Positions 15,807-20,000 of a stretch of 20,000 nucleotides of DNA are shown here, piece by piece. This stretch comes from Candidatus Latescibacterota bacterium (lineage in GTDB: Bacteria > Latescibacterota > UBA2968 > UBA8231). The DNA is taken from the NCBI GenBank assembly GCA_965219385.1, contig CBDCNM010000002.1:4459751-4479750 (forward strand). Reading direction: 5' to 3'. A model generated the notes under the pieces. It was not told the origin of the DNA. It saw only the letters and a list, made by a program, of their open reading frames with translations, and made no database searches. Both the position numbers and the translations under genes were made by a program. How positions within the stretch are numbered: the stretch's first letter is position 1; each line of letters begins with the position of its first letter.

Positions 15807-16736
15807 GAAGCCGTCTGAAAACTCTAATTTTCATTTGATTCGTTTAAGTAGCAAGTGGATCATGGCAATCTGGATCAAGGCTTCACTATGGCGGGTCAAG
15901 ACCTCATAATCTCGGGCATGTCGGCGAAAATTCATCAACCACGCAAACGTGCGCTCGACGACCCACCGGCGTTTAACTACGGTAAATCCGGAGCCTTGTT
16001 TGGCGACGACTTCCAAGTCTATTTTGTGCGTCTTTTTTTGGTTGGCCACCCACGTTCGGATGGCCTCGCCTTGGTAGCCGCCATCAACCCACAGCTTGCG
16101 TAACCGAGCCACGCCGGCGGCCTTCAAGCGGGTCAACACCTGCTTCAAACCCTCTCGATCCTCGACATCGGCGGCGGTGACCACCACCTGTCGAAGCAAA
16201 CCCGACGGGTCCACCAACAGATGCCGTTTGCGGCCTTTGATCTTTTTGCCGGCGTCATAACCGGTTGTTTTACCATGCGTTGCGGTCTTAATCGTCTGAC
16301 TATCGACTACGCCAGCCGACGGCATCGCAGCCCGGCCGCTCTGGCGGCGCTCCCTCTTGGTCAGCCGATCCAACACCAGCGGCCAGACCCCTTGCAGGCT
16401 CCAGCGACGAAAGTAATCATACACCGTTTTCCACGGCCCAAAACAAGCAGGCAACAACGCCCAAGGACACCCCGTCTTGTTCAAATACAAAAGGCCGTTG
16501 ACAAGCTGGCGTCGATCCCGCGGCGGCCGACCCGGACCGTGAAGCCGCCAGCGCGGCGCGGGCAGCAACGGTTCGATCCGCTGCCATTGTGCATCGGTTA
16601 GATCGGTGGCATATTGCATACGCGGTGTACTCATCATACAAGCCTTTCTGTTCAGAGTTTGTGGTGAAACCTGAATATGGCTCGATGAGTACGCCCGTTC
16701 AAATGCGGCTACATCAGAGGGTTTTCAGACGGCTTC
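15807..16736 (-). mobile_element. IS5-family insertion sequence (IS1031-like group), 930 bp
   Basis: Perfect 16-bp IRs GAAGCCGTCTGAAAAC (15807-15822) / GTTTTCAGACGGCTTC (16721-16736). TTA direct repeats at 15804-15806 and 16737-16739. Confidence 0.93.
15831..16637 (-). CDS. IS5-family transposase, single ORF
   Basis: YATDLTDAQW, TGCPWALLP...WKTVYDYFRRW, VVDSQTIK, GYDAGKKIKGRKRH, WVDGGY and RWVVERTFAWL. Confidence 0.96.
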   Translation of the reverse strand: MMSTPRMQYATDLTDAQWQRIEPLLPAPRWRLHGPGRPPRDRRQLVNGLLYLNKTGCPWALLPACFGPWKTVYDYFRRWSLQGVWPLVLDRLTKRERRQSGRAAMPSAGVVDSQTIKTATHGKTTGYDAGKKIKGRKRHLLVDPSGLLRQVVVTAADVEDREGLKQVLTRLKAAGVARLRKLWVDGGYQGEAIRTWVANQKKTHKIDLEVVAKQGSGFTVVKRRWVVERTFAWLMNFRRHARDYEVLTRHSEALIQIAMIHLLLKRIK

Positions 16737-16739
16737 TTA

Positions 16740-18188
16740 GCTCGACTTTATCCATTTATGTAGCGTACGAGACGGTGTGTATCAAGCGGTTGAGTAGGCT
16801 TCGAGGGATTTTTATCAGGTCGTGTTGGTTGGGCAGGTTGGAAAAAGCCTGCCAGAGCCGTTGTCGGACCCAGGCCACGGCATCGGAAAAGGTGGGTTTT
16901 CGTTTGCCATACCAGGCCGTGGCATGGCAGGGGGAGGCGCTTTTGGGGGCCAGCCGATTGGCGATGAGGGCGACCAGACTAAACAAGGCCAAGATGACCG
17001 GCGTGGTCCGGGCAATGGCCCGCTCATTCCATTGGCGTTGGGTTTCCATGCCCAGATGGGCGCGGGCTTCCTCAAAGGTAGTTTCTACCGACCAGCGTTG
17101 GAGAAAATAGGTCAGCATTTGCCGAGGGGACAGACGCACATCGGTCGAGAGCAAGGCTTGGGGCGCGAAGCGGCCGGCCGGGTCTCGGATCAGCAGCCAG
17201 CGGAGGGGCACGGCGGGCAAGCCAGTGTGATACCACAGCGCCGTTTGGCTGTAGGTTTCCACTGTATAGGGGCCGGCGGCATACCACCGGTCCAGGGTGA
17301 GGGGGTGCCAAGGGGTAGTCGGATCGTTCAGGTGCTGCTGGAGGGTGGGCTGCCGGGCGCCTTTGCCGCGGGGGCGTCCCCGCGTGTGCGGCGTGCGGGT
17401 TGGTGGTGGGTCATACAGGGCCGCATCCAACCGCAAGCGGGTAATCAGCCCCACGTGGGGCCGAACCGCGTCGAGAAAGGCCAAGGCGGAGAAGGTGCTA
17501 TCGGCGACCACGACCAGCCGGCGGGTGGGCAGCCAGCGCGCTACCAGCTTGAGCATAGTCTGCCCCCGTTGCAACAGGGTGAGGGGGGTGCGCTGGCGCT
17601 GAGTATAGTAGCGGGCCGACGGACACAGCACACTCATAAAGGGTAAGGCCCAACTTCGATCCGCCCAAGGGATAGGCGCTACCAGCATCAACGACAGCCA
17701 GCGCAAGCCGCTAGCCTTGACCAGGTGGGGCCCACTCGAGCGGACGGGATCCCGGTAGATGCCTCGGGCCCCAATCTGGGCGCCCCGGCGCCGCTCGATG
17801 GTCTCATCCAGGCCCAGGACCAGGGGCCCGTGGGGGGCAAAGGCGGCCACCAACGCCTGGAGGAGTAGCTTACTGCCGGCCAGGGGCGACCACACACAGC
17901 GGTTGAGGATCCGGTGGTAGGTTTGAAAGGTAGGCTGTTGGCTCAAGCCCAACACCTCCAACACGGCGCTGACCGTGCGTTTACCCGGGGCTAACAGCGC
18001 CCCGACCAACAGCGTCTGAGCCTGCGGCCAAACGCGGCTCGAAAAAAGGGGGGCAAAGGGCGACAAAATCGTTATTATATCTTTCGGCAGGGGGCTCATC
18101 GGTTTCTCCTGGGCTGTCGATGCTTGGATACCATCAACAGTACGGAGGATACCGGCCTCCTGCCATGCGCGTTTGGATAAAATCGAGC
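16740..18188 (-). mobile_element. IS701-family-like insertion sequence, copy 2 (direct repeat of copy 1, offset 2385 bp)
   Basis: Same IRs as copy 1 and identical translations in all listed frames. Flanked by TTA on the left and TAA on the right. Confidence 0.88.
16756..18099 (-). CDS. DDE transposase (IS701-family-like), 447 aa
   Basis: Identical protein to 14371-15714. Confidence 0.92.
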   Translation of the reverse strand: MSPLPKDIITILSPFAPLFSSRVWPQAQTLLVGALLAPGKRTVSAVLEVLGLSQQPTFQTYHRILNRCVWSPLAGSKLLLQALVAAFAPHGPLVLGLDETIERRRGAQIGARGIYRDPVRSSGPHLVKASGLRWLSLMLVAPIPWADRSWALPFMSVLCPSARYYTQRQRTPLTLLQRGQTMLKLVARWLPTRRLVVVADSTFSALAFLDAVRPHVGLITRLRLDAALYDPPPTRTPHTRGRPRGKGARQPTLQQHLNDPTTPWHPLTLDRWYAAGPYTVETYSQTALWYHTGLPAVPLRWLLIRDPAGRFAPQALLSTDVRLSPRQMLTYFLQRWSVETTFEEARAHLGMETQRQWNERAIARTTPVILALFSLVALIANRLAPKSASPCHATAWYGKRKPTFSDAVAWVRQRLWQAFSNLPNQHDLIKIPRSLLNRLIHTVSYAT

Positions 18189-18280
18189 TAAGAACCTTGA
18201 CATTGTCTGAATCATCTTATTCTCGGAATCACTTTGGATGAGGTCACACCACTGAACATTCAGGCTGAAAGAAAAAAGGT

Positions 18281-19333
18281 ATGAGAGTCTTCAAGATACA
18301 ACCTGACAATACGTTCGTCGAGTATGTTCAGTCGCCTTACCAAGTCGATCACGAAGAGTCCGTGCTCGAGAAGTGGCTTGAGTCCAACCCAGACGGAATT
18401 CTGGAAGATGGTGGCATCCTGATTATCGGACGGCAGGTCTCTACAAACTTGGGAGGATTCATCGACTTACTCGGCGTGGACCACCAAGGAAATGTGGTCA
18501 TCATTGAATTGAAGCGAGATCGCACCCCTCGGGATACCATCGCTCAGTCCCTTGAGTACGCATCCTTCATCGAGCGACTCGACACTGGCGGCCTCGAAGT
18601 CATTCTTCGTTCTTACCTGAACGACGAGTCACTCAGCCTGGCCGAATACCACCGGGCATATTTCGAGTTGGGCGCGGCTGAGGCCGTGGCGTTCAATAAG
18701 GATCAACGGATCGTCCTCATTGGGCAACGCATCACCCCTGAGATCCGACAGACGGCCTTGTTCCTGTGCTCGAAAGGTGTCCGAGTCACATGCGTTGAAT
18801 TTACCTTTTTTCAGACTGATGGAGGAGGCGATCGTCTACTATCCCAGGAGACTGTGATCGGCAAGGAGGTCGGCAAGCTTACACCAAGCTCTTCTGGCTC
18901 TCTGCCTGTCGTCACTGAAGAAGCATTCCTTGCTTCATGCGACGAGAATGGTAGAGCCGTCTTTTCCCGCATTCTCGAATGGGCCAGGAAAAAGTCCGTG
19001 CCTGTACGTTGGAGAACCAGGGGGTGTTCCCTGAATGCCGACCTCAACGGAATCTACGTTGGATTCCTGTGGGGATACCCGCTCTATTCTGTGTATAAGC
19101 AAACCGTCTACACGGCGTTACGTGACGCGAGGTTCATGGGGAAGACCGCGGTGCCCGAGAATGTTATCCAGGCTCTCTGGGAACAGGCCGAGTCTACGGG
19201 ACTCTTCGAGCAGGCGGGTCGAGACCTCAGATGTCAGATCACACGAAAGCTGACGGACGCCGAAGTGGATTCTCTTGTGGCATGGTGTGAGTCCGTGGAG
19301 CAGGCCATCTGCCAGTACGGGCTGAAACAATAG
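18281..19333 (+). CDS. NucS/EndoMS-like PD-(D/E)xK nuclease domain protein with an uncharacterised C-terminal domain
   Basis: ESVLEKWLESNP...IIGRQV...GFIDLLGVDHQGNVVIIELKRDRTPRDTIAQSLEYAS gives the E..D..ExK..QxxxY pattern. AAGGT upstream. Lower GC than the core genes. Confidence 0.82.
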   Translation: MRVFKIQPDNTFVEYVQSPYQVDHEESVLEKWLESNPDGILEDGGILIIGRQVSTNLGGFIDLLGVDHQGNVVIIELKRDRTPRDTIAQSLEYASFIERLDTGGLEVILRSYLNDESLSLAEYHRAYFELGAAEAVAFNKDQRIVLIGQRITPEIRQTALFLCSKGVRVTCVEFTFFQTDGGGDRLLSQETVIGKEVGKLTPSSSGSLPVVTEEAFLASCDENGRAVFSRILEWARKKSVPVRWRTRGCSLNADLNGIYVGFLWGYPLYSVYKQTVYTALRDARFMGKTAVPENVIQALWEQAESTGLFEQAGRDLRCQITRKLTDAEVDSLVAWCESVEQAICQYGLKQ

Positions 19334-19392
19334 CGGAGTCAAGAAAACGGATCAACACGGACGATGAATCTATGGTGGAAAAAGTAGCCATC

Positions 19393-19480
19393 GTGTAACA
19401 CCCAGTTGCCGCTGCGGCGCATTCGCGCCTTGGGTTTCACCAACCGGCTACGCCGGTTCGGCAACTTGAAAACGTTGGGC
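19393..19480 (+). other. Integron attC-like recombination site (88 bp)
   Basis: R'' GTGTAAC (19393-19399), inverted L boxes AGTTGCCG (19404-19411) / CGGCAACT (19459-19466), and R' GTTGGGC (19474-19480, fits GTTRRRY). Internal hairpins GGCGC-ATTC-GCGCC and AACCGGC-TAC-GCCGGTT. Lies between two co-oriented ORFs. Confidence 0.72.
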
Positions 19481-19552
19481 CGCCTCATTAAGCGCAAGTG
19501 CGTGATCGAAACTCCTGAGAGGCACTTGCTACGTCCAGGAATTGATAAAAAA

Positions 19553-20000
19553 ATGGGTGATAAATTTCCTTTTCAAGTCGAGACAACAAGACCATTGACG
19601 GCAGAGCGTGAAGGACGAAAGTGGCCCATTCGATTACGTCGCAACAATTCAATGGAACCAGGCCGGACGTGGATTTTCACGGATGGAGGTGGAGGGGGCA
19701 GGTTTGCAGCCGCGATTGTCCGTCCTTGCATTGAGGAGTACCGTACGGGCCGGCGAGAAATCAACTCCAACAGCGTCGTCGCCGAACTCGACGGAGTCAT
19801 TCTAGGTCTGGAAAACACCGTCTTGGGGGAAAGGGTCACAATTGTATCCGACTATCTCTGGACAGCTTACTACATCAACGGGTGGTGGAAGGTGCATCAC
19901 GCGTGTCTTCGTGAAGGGGTAATTCGCGCAAGAAAAGTCGTCGAGGACCAAGAATTGAAGGATGTAGTATTTATTCATTATGGAGAGGAGAACGAAGATG
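19553..20000 (+). CDS. RNase HI-like protein, 3' end beyond the window
   Basis: Manual translation is open from ATG 19553 (alternative 19652) to the window end: ...TWIFTDGGGGGRFAAAIV...NSVVAELDGVILGLE...VTIVSDYLWTAYYINGWWKV...VVFIHY. This shows three RNase H acidic residues (FTDG, AEL, SD). Confidence 0.8.
   Translation, partial: MGDKFPFQVETTRPLTAEREGRKWPIRLRRNNSMEPGRTWIFTDGGGGGRFAAAIVRPCIEEYRTGRREINSNSVVAELDGVILGLENTVLGERVTIVSDYLWTAYYINGWWKVHHACLREGVIRARKVVEDQELKDVVFIHYGEENED

Noticed and set aside
18197..18223. TTGACA...TATTCT as a cassette promoter
   Set aside because: The spacer is only 15 bp. Possible, but not supportable.
18281..19333. Calling the nuclease nucS (mismatch repair)
   Set aside because: The architecture differs: the nuclease domain is N-terminal with an extra C-terminal domain, and the context is accessory.
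19573..19839. Short ORFs 19573-19839 (-) and 19608-19805 (+)
   Set aside because: They overlap the better-supported RNase H-like frame starting at 19553.

Overview
GC-rich (~60%) bacterial chromosomal segment with three parts. (1) 34-14043: housekeeping genes (adk, mnmG, lipA plus an MtnK-like kinase) flank a tightly packed minus-strand operon of 8 genes (11143->2802) controlled by a divergent FadR/GntR regulator. The operon encodes an apparently complete corrinoid-dependent methyl-transfer system: an unknown protein with a duplicated FxCGxxH motif, an MtaA/CmuA-family Zn methyltransferase, a corrinoid protein, a RACo/ASKHA reactivator with an extra Cys4 N-terminal domain, a MetF-MetV fusion, a pterin-binding methyltransferase, a homocysteine S-methyltransferase and a small 'virulence factor'-family protein. 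It runs almost directly into mnmG. (2) 14089-18192: an 8-copy 11/12-bp tandem repeat in the predicted lipA 5' leader, then a stack of insertion sequences (orphan IS5-type end, IS701-family, IS5-family, identical IS701-family) joined only by 3-bp TAA/TTA spacers. (3) 18281-20000: a lower-GC region that looks like an integron cassette array: a NucS-like PD-(D/E)xK nuclease gene, an attC-like site, and an RNase H-like ORF that is missing from the ORF track because it runs off the window end. All assignments come from motif recognition by eye; no database searches were run.
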